Positions 1-8,412 of a DNA stretch of 64,000 bases are shown here, piece after piece. The notes below the pieces were generated by a model. The model did no database searches and was not told where the DNA came from. It saw nothing but the letters and a program-made list of their open reading frames with translations. Position 1 is the first letter of the stretch. Each line of letters begins with the position of its first letter. The stretch spans positions 1 through 64,000 of IMG/VR virus record IMGVR_UViG_3300021387_000661; one strand, written 5' to 3'. This DNA comes from a virus (lineage: Duplodnaviria; Caudoviricetes). The translations under genes and the position numbers were made by a program.

Positions 1-196
1 TATAGTAAATATAATATTTTTTGTCTTTAATGTATTATATAAATTCCTTAAATTAATTCTTATTATAGGATTTATTATATTTTTATTTTACTTTATTTTC
101 TCTTAATGTGTATTATTCTTATAATATAACAAATAGGCCAAATGTAAAAATATGTAAATAATTAATACACAATTAGTTATAGTAAAAGTGTAAAAA

Positions 197-877
197 ATGA
201 GTATGAAACAGTCAGAAGCATTGAAGTATTTAAAAAGTGAGTTGACTTTCCTTAAACCAGAAACAAGGAAGGCAATAGAAACTTTACATCCGGAATTGGT
301 AGATAGTGATGATGAATGTAAAAGGAAAGGACTTCTATTTCATCTGAATGAACTGAAGGATTGGAAACCTGGAACAATGTCTCCAATCAAGACTCCAGAA
401 CATTATGAAGCCTGGATTGAATTAATTGAGAATATGAAGGAAGATAAAGATCCAAATCTTGATATCCTTTCCAGGTTCTCAATCTATAAGTATGATGATG
501 ACAATGACACTATCTACCTTGCTGATGTGTTTGTCGGAGAACATATACGGGGTAAAGGGAAAGGAAGGCAAATACTGAAGGTTGTTGATGAGATAGCAAG
601 ATTGTTTGAAGCAAAGTATATCTGTTTAAAGGTAAAGAAGGCAACATCTGCATATGAGTGGTATAAGAGGAATGGATATGAATATCATATGGATGATGGG
701 GATTATGTGTGGATGAAGAAGAAAGTTACTAAAAAACAAAATAAACACAAGTTTTGGAAACCAACAAAGGAACAACTTGATGCATTGGAAGTTTCAGCGA
801 CTTATGAAACTTGTATAGGCAATAGAGACCATCTCCTCGATCTATTGAGTGATTTGAGGGTGATATATGGTGATTAA
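197..877 (+). CDS. GNAT-family acetyltransferase domain fused to phage accessory segments
   Basis: GNAT motif A IYLADVFVGEHIRGKGKGRQIL and motif B AYEWYKRNGY; C-terminal WKPTKEQLDAL segment. Confidence 0.7.
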   Translation: MSMKQSEALKYLKSELTFLKPETRKAIETLHPELVDSDDECKRKGLLFHLNELKDWKPGTMSPIKTPEHYEAWIELIENMKEDKDPNLDILSRFSIYKYDDDNDTIYLADVFVGEHIRGKGKGRQILKVVDEIARLFEAKYICLKVKKATSAYEWYKRNGYEYHMDDGDYVWMKKKVTKKQNKHKFWKPTKEQLDALEVSATYETCIGNRDHLLDLLSDLRVIYGD

Positions 878-897
878 GTGAGATACATAAAAATATG

Positions 898-927
898 AGG
901 AGGTGATTAATAATCATCTCCTTTTTT
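898..927 (+). terminator. intrinsic terminator
   Basis: AGGAGGTGATT/AATCATCTCCT stem plus T tract. Confidence 0.75.
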
Positions 928-935
928 GTTATTTT
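925..935 (+). promoter_or_regulatory. promoter motif A TTTGTTAT(A/T)TT, representative copy (others at + 6174, 6979, 12220, 16854, 35137, 35873, 38199, 58486, 61913, 62700; - 123, 31673, 52437, 58458)
   Basis: 15 intergenic copies oriented toward gene starts, mostly non-structural genes; resembles the Bacteroidota -7 element TAnnTTTG. Confidence 0.8.
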
Positions 936-944
936 TCATATAGT

Positions 945-1109
945 ATGAAAGGTAATATTTATAGGGTGACATATAATGTAATAAAACAAGAAGCAGTTCT
1001 GCATATGCAGAATGGTGATGTTGTATATATACCTATGACGGAAGAAGAGTGGTCCAATGCACTCAAAGGTGATTTAATTGAGAACTTCAATAAAATTTTA
1101 GATGAGTAA
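945..1109 (+). CDS. small hypothetical protein (MKGNIYRV...)
   Basis: ATG at 945 directly after promoter motif A at 925-935; the track start at 903 lies inside a terminator hairpin. Confidence 0.6.
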   Translation: MKGNIYRVTYNVIKQEAVLHMQNGDVVYIPMTEEEWSNALKGDLIENFNKILDE

Positions 1110-1641
1110 GTATATCATTGTCGGTCCTGGCGCTTCTGGCAAGGACTGGATGCTACAAAAGATGAAGGAATTGGGTTATCACCCAATGAAACAATACACG
1201 ACAAGAGAAATAAGGGAGAATGAGACAGGTGATGAGTATCATTTTGTCTCTGAAGATGTATTCAAGGATATGGATGACAGAGCCAAGTTCATCTCTGTCA
1301 ATTTCTATCGTATAGGATGGTATGGAGTGTCTTATGATGAACTCATCAATTCTGATGTTGCCATTCTATCTCCTGCCAATGTAAAAGATATATTTAATTT
1401 ATACCCAGAGTTAAGAGACAGATTTACAATCATTTATCTTGATATTCCTGTCTCTATCAGAAGAGAAAGACTGAATGCAAGATATAAGAACAAAGTGGGT
1501 GATGATAATGAAGTAAGACTTGCAAATGATGAGAGAGACTTCAAAGATTTCACCCTCTGGGACATCAGATTTGAGGATGTAAAATCAATAGATAATTTCA
1601 TAAATAACTTATCCCCAAAATCAGTGGCGGATAAGGATTAA
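1102..1641 (+). CDS. gmk: guanylate kinase-like NMP kinase
   Basis: P-loop GPGASGKD, YTTR..RENE.G.EYHFVS, WYG motifs of guanylate kinases. Confidence 0.8.
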   Translation: MSKYIIVGPGASGKDWMLQKMKELGYHPMKQYTTREIRENETGDEYHFVSEDVFKDMDDRAKFISVNFYRIGWYGVSYDELINSDVAILSPANVKDIFNLYPELRDRFTIIYLDIPVSIRRERLNARYKNKVGDDNEVRLANDERDFKDFTLWDIRFEDVKSIDNFINNLSPKSVADKD

Positions 1642-1667
1642 TGTTTAACTTTTTAAAATATTTTTGA

Positions 1668-2330
1668 ATGAAGAAACTAAATCCTTGTGTTACAGGAAGT
1701 ACCAAAGTATGGACTGTTGAAGGTGCAAAATCTTTTAAAGATCTTGCTGATGCAAATGAAGATGTGGATGTGTATTGCCTGGATGGTGATGGTAACATTA
1801 AGGTGTCAAAAATGTTTCATCCAAGGGTGTCTGGGTATAACATTGCACTTGTGAAAATAACATTGGATAATGGAACTGTACTGAAAGCATCTTCCAATCA
1901 TATGTTCCTCACAAGTGAAGGGTATGTCTCTGCTGAAGATTTGTTTGAAGGTGATGACATCATAACATTGAAGAATAATGTATCACTACCTGAAACCATT
2001 GATGAGAAGGATAAACCATTTACAGAATATACAGGCACAAAGAAAGGTACTGTTATAAAGAAATGTGAAGTATCAGGTGAAGAGTTTGAATGTGTCTGGA
2101 ATGAAAGAGAGGTCTGCACCAGGGAAGGATATGAGGCAGATCTCTATAATATTAAACTCAAGAAGGTATGTACATCTTCTGACAATTATGAATATATGAC
2201 TGTTAAAGATGTTGAATTCCTTGATGAGAGGGAAAATGTTTACAATGGTACTGTTGCAGTATATCACAATTATTTCACCATAGATGAAAAAACTAATACA
2301 ATAGTCAATCAACTTAACTGTGGTGAATAA
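1668..2330 (+). CDS. free-standing intein (Hint domain) precursor with 6-aa N-extein and 3-aa C-extein
   Basis: MKKLNP/CVTGSTKVWT (block A); LKASSNHMFLT (block B His); VYNGTVAVYHNYF (block F); terminal QLN/CGE-stop. Confidence 0.85.
   Translation: MKKLNPCVTGSTKVWTVEGAKSFKDLADANEDVDVYCLDGDGNIKVSKMFHPRVSGYNIALVKITLDNGTVLKASSNHMFLTSEGYVSAEDLFEGDDIITLKNNVSLPETIDEKDKPFTEYTGTKKGTVIKKCEVSGEEFECVWNEREVCTREGYEADLYNIKLKKVCTSSDNYEYMTVKDVEFLDERENVYNGTVAVYHNYFTIDEKTNTIVNQLNCGE
1686..2318 (+). mobile_element. mini-intein (211 aa, no recognisable LAGLIDADG/HNH endonuclease), RNR NP/CGE-site type
   Basis: Cys1 codon 1686-1688, terminal Asn codon 2316-2318, +1 Cys; joined flanks read NPCGE. Confidence 0.8.
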
Positions 2331-2359
2331 AATATAATAAAATTAAAATTTAAATTTGT

Positions 2360-3703
2360 ATGATCAGAACAGTAATAAAACGAGATGGAACAAGTGCTCA
2401 CTTCCGTATTGAGAAGATCTACAATGTACTTGACAAGGCATTTGCTTCAAAGGAGATGGAAACTCCTGTTGAGGTATATGACTTCATCAAGGAATGGGTT
2501 GATGGTTATGAGGGAGACTCAATCAATGTTGAAGACATTCAGGACAAGATTGAGAAATACCTTATGAGATATTACCCATGTGTTGCAAAGAACTTCATCA
2601 TCTACAGGGCTGAACACAAGGCAATGAGGGAAGAGAAGAACCAACTTACCAAGGATGTGGAGAAGAAACTCCTTGCAAAGAATGTCGAGAACCAGAATGC
2701 CAATGTAGATGAAAATTCATTTGGTGGTAGAATGGGAGAAGTCACCAGGGTTGTTACAAAAGACTATGCACTCAAATATTGTATGAGTAAAAAGTCAAAG
2801 AACAATCACCTCAACAATGAGATTTATATTCATGATCTAGATTCGTATGCCGTTGGTAACCACAACTGTCTTTCAATACCTTTTGATGACCTTCTTGCAA
2901 AAGGATTCCACACCAGACAGACAGATGTAAGACCAGCCAACTCTATCAACACAGCAATGCAGCTTGTTGCTGTCATCTTCCAACTTCAGTCACTCCAGCA
3001 GTTTGGTGGAGTCTCTGCTACACATCTTGATTGGACTATGGTTCCATATGTGAAGAAGTCTTTCAGGAAACATATAAAGTCCTGGTTCAAAGATGTTGAG
3101 GGATATTCAAAAGAGGATGCGGAAAAGGTTGTGTGTGAACTTGAAGATACTTGGGGAGAACTTTGTTTTGAGAATGAAGGATTCAAAAAGAATTATCCTA
3201 AAATTTACAGATACGCATATGGTCAGACTGAATCTGAAACATATCAGGCAGTAGAAGGTATGTATCATAATTTGAATACCTTACAAAGTAGAAGTGGAAA
3301 TCAGTTGCCTTTCACATCAATCAACTATGGTACTTGTACTTCGCCAGAAGGAAGGATGGTAATACAGAAACTCCTTGAAGTATCAATTGCAGGTCTTGGT
3401 AAATTCCATAAGACTCCAATCTTTCCTTGTGGAATCTTCCAGTATATGAAAGGTGTCAATGACAAACCTGGAACACCTAATTATGATCTTTATCAACTGG
3501 CATTGAAATCTACTGCAAAGAGACTTTATCCTAATTATGCAAATGTGGATTGGTCAGGTAATACTGGAGAAGATAAGGTTAAGGATATAAAGAATGAGTT
3601 TCTTGAGAGCTTAAGTTCAGATGAAAAAAGTAAACTTTTATCTGCAATTAAAAATGATCCAAAGATTGCAGACGCATTGGGAATAAAAATAATAAATGAA
3701 TAA
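2360..3703 (+). CDS. nrdD: anaerobic (class III) ribonucleotide reductase, N-terminal polypeptide with ATP cone
   Basis: ATP cone VIKRDG; IYIHDLD...HNC; LNTLQSRSGNQLPFTSINYG; PIFP; YPNYAN; ends at TAA 3701-3703. Confidence 0.9.
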   Translation: MIRTVIKRDGTSAHFRIEKIYNVLDKAFASKEMETPVEVYDFIKEWVDGYEGDSINVEDIQDKIEKYLMRYYPCVAKNFIIYRAEHKAMREEKNQLTKDVEKKLLAKNVENQNANVDENSFGGRMGEVTRVVTKDYALKYCMSKKSKNNHLNNEIYIHDLDSYAVGNHNCLSIPFDDLLAKGFHTRQTDVRPANSINTAMQLVAVIFQLQSLQQFGGVSATHLDWTMVPYVKKSFRKHIKSWFKDVEGYSKEDAEKVVCELEDTWGELCFENEGFKKNYPKIYRYAYGQTESETYQAVEGMYHNLNTLQSRSGNQLPFTSINYGTCTSPEGRMVIQKLLEVSIAGLGKFHKTPIFPCGIFQYMKGVNDKPGTPNYDLYQLALKSTAKRLYPNYANVDWSGNTGEDKVKDIKNEFLESLSSDEKSKLLSAIKNDPKIADALGIKIINE

Positions 3704-3706
3704 TAT

Positions 3707-3763
3707 ATGGAGAAGATTTTAGCAAAAGATGACAGTCCAAAATGTTATTTCTCAACGATGGGT
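3707..3763 (+). CDS. nrdD: nrdD C-terminal polypeptide, exon 1 (MEKILAKDDSPKCYFSTMG)
   Basis: in frame with the upstream nrdD ORF after TAA-TAT; encodes YFSTMG, which joins CRT after intron removal; absent from the ORF track. Confidence 0.8.
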
Positions 3764-4635
3764 AAGTGTAAACTACAGCTCATCTAAAATCTTTTGAACC
3801 ATGCCAATGGGTATCCACATATGTGGGTTAACGGTTAGGTCCTGTAAATATTAATGCTGTTGTTTTATAGGATGAGACCGTGCCAAGAAACAAGAAACAA
3901 AAAGAATATGTATATTTACAAAATCACAAATAAAGTCAATGGTAAAGTTTATATTGGTCAGTCAATCAGACCAATTGAACAGCGATTCCAAAGACATATC
4001 AATGATGCTGTAAATAATATTCTTGACACTCATTTTGCAAGGGCAATAAGGAAATATGGAAAAGAGAATTTTTATATTGAACTTGTTGAGACTTGTGATA
4101 ACCAGACAGAACTCAATTTAAGAGAACAGTATTGGATTAGAAAATATGATAGTATCAATAATGGTTATAATGAAACAGATGCTATCAGTAAGTGTGGAGG
4201 AAACACATATATGTCCAAGACTGAAAGTGAGATGAAGGAAATTTCTGAAAAGATAAGTAAAACAAAACTTGGAAGTAAGAATCCACATTCAAGATCTGTC
4301 AAGGTTTTCAATATAGTGACAAATGAAGAAAAGGTGTTTGATACTGTAAATGATTGTAGGAAATTTTTTAATGAGAAGAATCACAGATTCATAACAACAA
4401 GGTTACAAAATCACTATATAAGAATGAGTGGAAGATTGCTTATACTGAAGATGAATACAGAGAGTTCAGTATAGGTGTTCACCGTGAAAGAACCAGGTGG
4501 GAATATCTTGTTTAAGGTGTATCGACTATCCCTGATGAATGTAAGGGAGTAGGGGTGGGACAGGCTCCACTTCGAAGCGGAAGACTACAAAAGTAGAAGA
4601 TATAGTCAGTGCCAATGGTAACATTGGATAAAATG
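3764..4635 (+). mobile_element. group I self-splicing intron (872 nt) in nrdD
   Basis: P1 GATGGGT(3757-63)/GCTCATC(3778-84) with U.G at the splice site; P7 GACTA 4524-28 with S element AAGATATAGTC 4597-4607; P9 CCAATG-GTAA-CATTGG 4612-27; omega G 4635; splicing restores STMG/CRTANG. Confidence 0.92.
3908..4474 (+). CDS. intron-encoded GIY-YIG homing endonuclease (probably frameshifted near 4402)
   Basis: MYIYKITNKVNGKVYIGQS, RFQRH, E.YWI...NGYN catalytic motifs; NUMOD-like tail. Confidence 0.85.
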   Translation: MYIYKITNKVNGKVYIGQSIRPIEQRFQRHINDAVNNILDTHFARAIRKYGKENFYIELVETCDNQTELNLREQYWIRKYDSINNGYNETDAISKCGGNTYMSKTESEMKEISEKISKTKLGSKNPHSRSVKVFNIVTNEEKVFDTVNDCRKFFNEKNHRFITTRLQNHYIRMSGRLLILKMNTESSV

Positions 4636-5655
4636 TGTAGAACAGCTAATGGATGGGATGCAAACTGGGAGGAATCCTGGAAGAATGCAGTCAAGACAGT
4701 CATTGAGACTGGTAAGTTAAATACTAATGTGCTGGAATCAGCAAGAGCAAAGGATGGTAGGGGAAACATCTGTCCTGTAACCATCATTATGCCTACTCTT
4801 GCTATGGAAGCAGACAGGGATGTTGAGAAATTTATGAAACTCCTTGACAAGAAGATTGGTGAAGCAAAGGATATGCTCATTGAAAGATTTGAGTGGATTT
4901 GTTCACAGTCTCCAAAGTCTGCTGACTTTATGTATATAAATGGTACAATGGCAGGTTATGTTCCTGAAGAAGGTATCAGGTCTGCTTTGAAGCATGGAAC
5001 TTTGGTTATTGGCCAGCTTGGTCTTGCTGAAACTCTTCAACTTTTGATTGGTAAGAACCAATGCACAGAGGAAGGTATGGAACTTGCAAAGAGAATTGAG
5101 CAGTTATTTAAAGACAGATGTGCAGAATATAAACAGAAATATAGTCTCAACTTTGGTGTTTATTATACACCTGCTGAAAATCTTTGTTATACTGCACTTA
5201 AGAAGTTCCGTGATAAGTATGGTGTGATTGAGAATGTGTCTGACAGGGAATATTTCACCAACAGCATCCATGTTCCTGTATGGGAGAAGGTAACTCCATT
5301 TGAGAAAATTGACATTGAGTCACAGTTGACTGGATACAGTTCAGCAGGTTGTATCACTTATGTTGAACTCCCTTCAACAGTACTTCATAACATTGAGGCA
5401 CTTGAGACTATTGTTAATTATGCCATGGACCATGACATCCCTTACTTTGCAGTCAATACACCAAATGACCTTTGTACCAATTGTGGATATCAGGGTGAAC
5501 TTGGTGAGACTTGCCCTCAATGTGGAAGTTCAAAAATAGACAGACTTCGTAGAGTCACCGGATATTTGACTGGAAATTATTTGACAGCATTTAATCTTGG
5601 AAAGCAGGATGAGGTTAAGGATAGAGTAAAACATAATAAAGAGATAATAGTTTAA
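4636..5655 (+). CDS. nrdD: nrdD C-terminal polypeptide, exon 2
   Basis: CRT catalytic Cys, GRGNI, TPAENL, YFTNS.H, CTNCG...CPQCG Zn site, glycyl-radical loop RRVTGYL. Confidence 0.92.
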   Translation, partial: CRTANGWDANWEESWKNAVKTVIETGKLNTNVLESARAKDGRGNICPVTIIMPTLAMEADRDVEKFMKLLDKKIGEAKDMLIERFEWICSQSPKSADFMYINGTMAGYVPEEGIRSALKHGTLVIGQLGLAETLQLLIGKNQCTEEGMELAKRIEQLFKDRCAEYKQKYSLNFGVYYTPAENLCYTALKKFRDKYGVIENVSDREYFTNSIHVPVWEKVTPFEKIDIESQLTGYSSAGCITYVELPSTVLHNIEALETIVNYAMDHDIPYFAVNTPNDLCTNCGYQGELGETCPQCGSSKIDRLRRVTGYLTGNYLTAFNLGKQDEVKDRVKHNKEIIV

Positions 5656-5657
5656 TT

Positions 5658-6140
5658 ATGAAATATGAGAGTATTACTACATCAGATGTAAATAATGGAT
5701 TGGGTTGCAGGGTTACCTGTTGGATTAGTGGTTGTACTCATCATTGTAAAGGTTGCCACAATAGAAAGACCTGGAGTTTTAATTCTGGAAGGATATATAA
5801 CCAAAATGTTGAGGATGTTCTTTTCAATGAGATTGATAAACCATATATCAAAGGTTTGACATTGAGTGGCGGTGACCCCCTTGACAGTCCTGATGGTGTA
5901 CTGGAACTTCTTCAACATTTCAGAGAAAGGTTTGGAAGCACAAAGGATGTGTGGATCTATACAGGATACACTTATGAATACTGTAAGGAACACTTTCCAG
6001 AAATCCTTGAATTATCAGACATTCTGGTAGATGGGATGTATGAATGTACAAAGAGAGACACATCACTGGCATTCAGAGGAAGTTCAAACCAGAGAATCAT
6101 TGATTTGAAGACTGGTGAAGACATCAGTTCAAAGTTATAA
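5658..6140 (+). CDS. nrdG: anaerobic RNR activating enzyme (radical SAM)
   Basis: GCTHHCKGCHN (CxxxCxxC), LSGGDPL, WIYTGY, FRGSSNQ; directly after nrdD. Confidence 0.93.
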   Translation: MKYESITTSDVNNGLGCRVTCWISGCTHHCKGCHNRKTWSFNSGRIYNQNVEDVLFNEIDKPYIKGLTLSGGDPLDSPDGVLELLQHFRERFGSTKDVWIYTGYTYEYCKEHFPEILELSDILVDGMYECTKRDTSLAFRGSSNQRIIDLKTGEDISSKL

Positions 6141-6143
6141 ATG

Positions 6144-6176
6144 AAATTGGGGAGATGATTAAGTCTCCCCAATTTT
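6144..6176 (+). terminator. intrinsic terminator after nrdG
   Basis: AAATTGGGGAGA/TCTCCCCAATTT stem. Confidence 0.8.
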
Positions 6177-6191
6177 GTTATTTTTAATGTT

Positions 6192-6947
6192 ATGAAGGAG
6201 TTGAATAAGATTTATAATGAAGATTGTCTTGTTGGTATGAAGGATATACCTGACAAGTCAATTCATTGTATCATAACATCACCACCATATAATGTTGGTC
6301 TTGATTATGATGAGTATAAAGACAATAAACCATATGAAGATTATCTTCATTGGATGAAAGAAATCTTTTCAGAATCATACAGAGTCTTGACAGATGATGG
6401 TAGGATGTGTGTGAATATAGGTGATGCAAAGAATGGTTCAATACCAACACACTCTGATTTTATTCAAATTGCAAAGGAAATAGGATTCCATATACTCACC
6501 ATAATCATATGGAATAAGAACACAACAAGTAACAGATGTGCCTGGGGAAGTTTTATGAGTCCTTCATCTCCTTCATTTCCAAGATGTTTTGAGTATATAT
6601 TGGTATTTTGTAAATCACCAAAACTCATTCACAAGGGAAAGATAACAATTGAGAAAAAGGAATTCATTGATTGGAGTAATGGTATGTGGAGTTTCAATTG
6701 TGAGAACCTGAAAAAGATAGGTCATCCTGCTGCATATCCTGTTGAACTTCCAAAAAGATGTATAAGGTTATTCACATATGAAGATGATGTAATACTGGAT
6801 CCATTTATTGGAAGTGGTACGACTGCGATTGCCGCAATTATGGAAAACAGGAGATTTATAGGGTTTGAGATGAGTGAAGATTATTATAAGATTGCAGAAG
6901 AGAGGATAAATAACTTACAAAGTGAATTGTCAGAAAAATTGTTTTAA
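6192..6947 (+). CDS. orphan beta-class amino (N4-C/N6-A) DNA methyltransferase
   Basis: catalytic TSPPY precedes SAM-binding DPFIGSGTT; HPAAYP. Confidence 0.9.
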   Translation: MKELNKIYNEDCLVGMKDIPDKSIHCIITSPPYNVGLDYDEYKDNKPYEDYLHWMKEIFSESYRVLTDDGRMCVNIGDAKNGSIPTHSDFIQIAKEIGFHILTIIIWNKNTTSNRCAWGSFMSPSSPSFPRCFEYILVFCKSPKLIHKGKITIEKKEFIDWSNGMWSFNCENLKKIGHPAAYPVELPKRCIRLFTYEDDVILDPFIGSGTTAIAAIMENRRFIGFEMSEDYYKIAEERINNLQSELSEKLF

Positions 6948-6995
6948 TTGAAAGAATGATTTGGGATTGTCATTCTTTTTTGTTATTTTTGTATT

Positions 6996-7259
6996 ATGAA
7001 ACGGGATTATAGTCTCATACATCTTATTAACAATTATAAGAATGAAGATGGTTCTTCCAAGTATGATTATGTTGGAAGTACCATCTGGTTCAGTAAACAG
7101 GAACTTTGTGATGAAGTCAGTGAGTTCCTTGGTATTGATATTCCTCTTGAGATAAAAGTGGATGTGACCAGAGAACAGATGGAGAGTGTTTGGAAGTTAC
7201 TTGATGACAGGAAAGACTTGATTGGAATGTATGGTGATGATTTTTTGAATGAGTGGTGA
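6996..7259 (+). CDS. hypothetical protein
   Basis: ORF directly after promoter motif A at 6979-6989. Confidence 0.6.
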   Translation: MKRDYSLIHLINNYKNEDGSSKYDYVGSTIWFSKQELCDEVSEFLGIDIPLEIKVDVTREQMESVWKLLDDRKDLIGMYGDDFLNEW

Positions 7260-8016
7260 TATGGAAGAAAAGAAATTGAAAATAGTAGGAATCAGTGACA
7301 CACATGGTCTGTTACCTGAACTCCCAGAGTGTGATGTTGTCTGCTGTGCAGGTGACATCAGTCCTCTTGAATATCAGGGTGACCAGACACAGATGGTATC
7401 CTGGTTCTGTCTGGAGTTTCTTCCTTGGGTTGAGTCTCTTCCTTGTAAAAAATTTGTGATGATTTCTGGCAATCATGACTTCTTCTTACAGAATATCCAC
7501 AGGAGATTGATAGATGAATCTGATGGATACAGGAGATATACCTGGAGAAGTGCATCTGATGTTATGAAGAAACTCCTTCCTGGTAACTTGAGAGGTAAGT
7601 ATAATAAGTTGGTATACCTGTGTGATTCTTCTTATGAGTATGAAGGTCACAGGTTTTATGGTACACCTTGGATTAGGGACTTATCTATGTGGGCATTTTA
7701 CCTTGATAATGACACTCTTATGGAGAAGTACAAGAACATTCCAAAGAAGTGTGATGTGATTATCACCCATATGCCTCCAAGGATTGAAGGTCTTGGTGAA
7801 GTCATCCAGGGTGGATGTTTCAACACAGGTGCAGATTATGGTTCTCCTGAACTGGCAGAAGTGTTGAAGACCAGGGATTTCAAGTATGCATTATGTGGAC
7901 ATGTTCATTCAGGTCAGCATCTTCCTGTTGAACTTGATGGGAAGAAGTTGGTGAATGTATCATTGAAGAATGAAGATTATAATGAAATGTATTATCCTTT
8001 TGAATTTGAGATATGA
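7249..8016 (+). CDS. calcineurin-like metallophosphoesterase (intact motifs)
   Basis: SDTHG, AGD, GNHD, THMPP, GHVH. Confidence 0.88.
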   Translation: MSGDMEEKKLKIVGISDTHGLLPELPECDVVCCAGDISPLEYQGDQTQMVSWFCLEFLPWVESLPCKKFVMISGNHDFFLQNIHRRLIDESDGYRRYTWRSASDVMKKLLPGNLRGKYNKLVYLCDSSYEYEGHRFYGTPWIRDLSMWAFYLDNDTLMEKYKNIPKKCDVIITHMPPRIEGLGEVIQGGCFNTGADYGSPELAEVLKTRDFKYALCGHVHSGQHLPVELDGKKLVNVSLKNEDYNEMYYPFEFEI

Positions 8017-8402
8017 GTAAACTGAAAGAAAAATTATCAAAATGGTTTCTTGATATTGCAAAGAAACTGGATGAGAGTACTGTGAATGATAACTGTACCA
8101 CCATTCAACTACCAACATCGACACAACCAATCATAATGTATGACACTTATCATATTGAAAAGATTCATGCCCAACATATGATGAGTGATGCAACATTAGA
8201 TGCATACAGACTTAATTTGAGTTTTGATGTTGATGATATGATAAAACGCAGACTTATTGATGAAATAAGTAAAGTAATTTATGACAGTCATAAAGATGAT
8301 GTGAAAAAAACATTACTTGCTGACAGTCCTTATAATCCATCTACATTGTTTACATTGGATGTATATGTGTGTAAACCACAGAAAAAAGAGAGTCTGTTAT
8401 AG
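8013..8402 (+). CDS. hypothetical protein
   Basis: ATGA overlap with the upstream gene; ends in a bidirectional terminator. Confidence 0.65.
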   Translation: MSKLKEKLSKWFLDIAKKLDESTVNDNCTTIQLPTSTQPIIMYDTYHIEKIHAQHMMSDATLDAYRLNLSFDVDDMIKRRLIDEISKVIYDSHKDDVKKTLLADSPYNPSTLFTLDVYVCKPQKKESLL

Positions 8403-8412
8403 ACTCTCTTTT
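8383..8412. terminator. bidirectional terminator between convergent genes
   Basis: AAAAGAGAGTCT/AGACTCTCTTTT. Confidence 0.8.

Noticed and set aside
1-196. Replication origin in the very AT-rich left end (imperfect TTAATGT..TATTAT repeat)
   Set aside because: Only two imperfect copies at a truncated edge; adequately explained as a divergent promoter region.
3560-3727. Second small intron explaining the nrdD stop codon
   Set aside because: No P1/P7 or group II features; the region reads as ordinary helical coding sequence followed by a normal stop-start junction.
1668-3763. The free intein trans-splicing the two NrdD halves
   Set aside because: The intein is contiguous and not fused to either half, and NrdD-C does not begin with an intein C-fragment or nucleophile.
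4609-4635. ORF-track start of the nrdD C-terminal ORF (MPMVTLDKM), and the 3854 start of the endonuclease
   Set aside because: These codons are intron structure (P9 and the 5' core); the true exon starts at 4636 and the GIY-YIG domain at ATG 3908.
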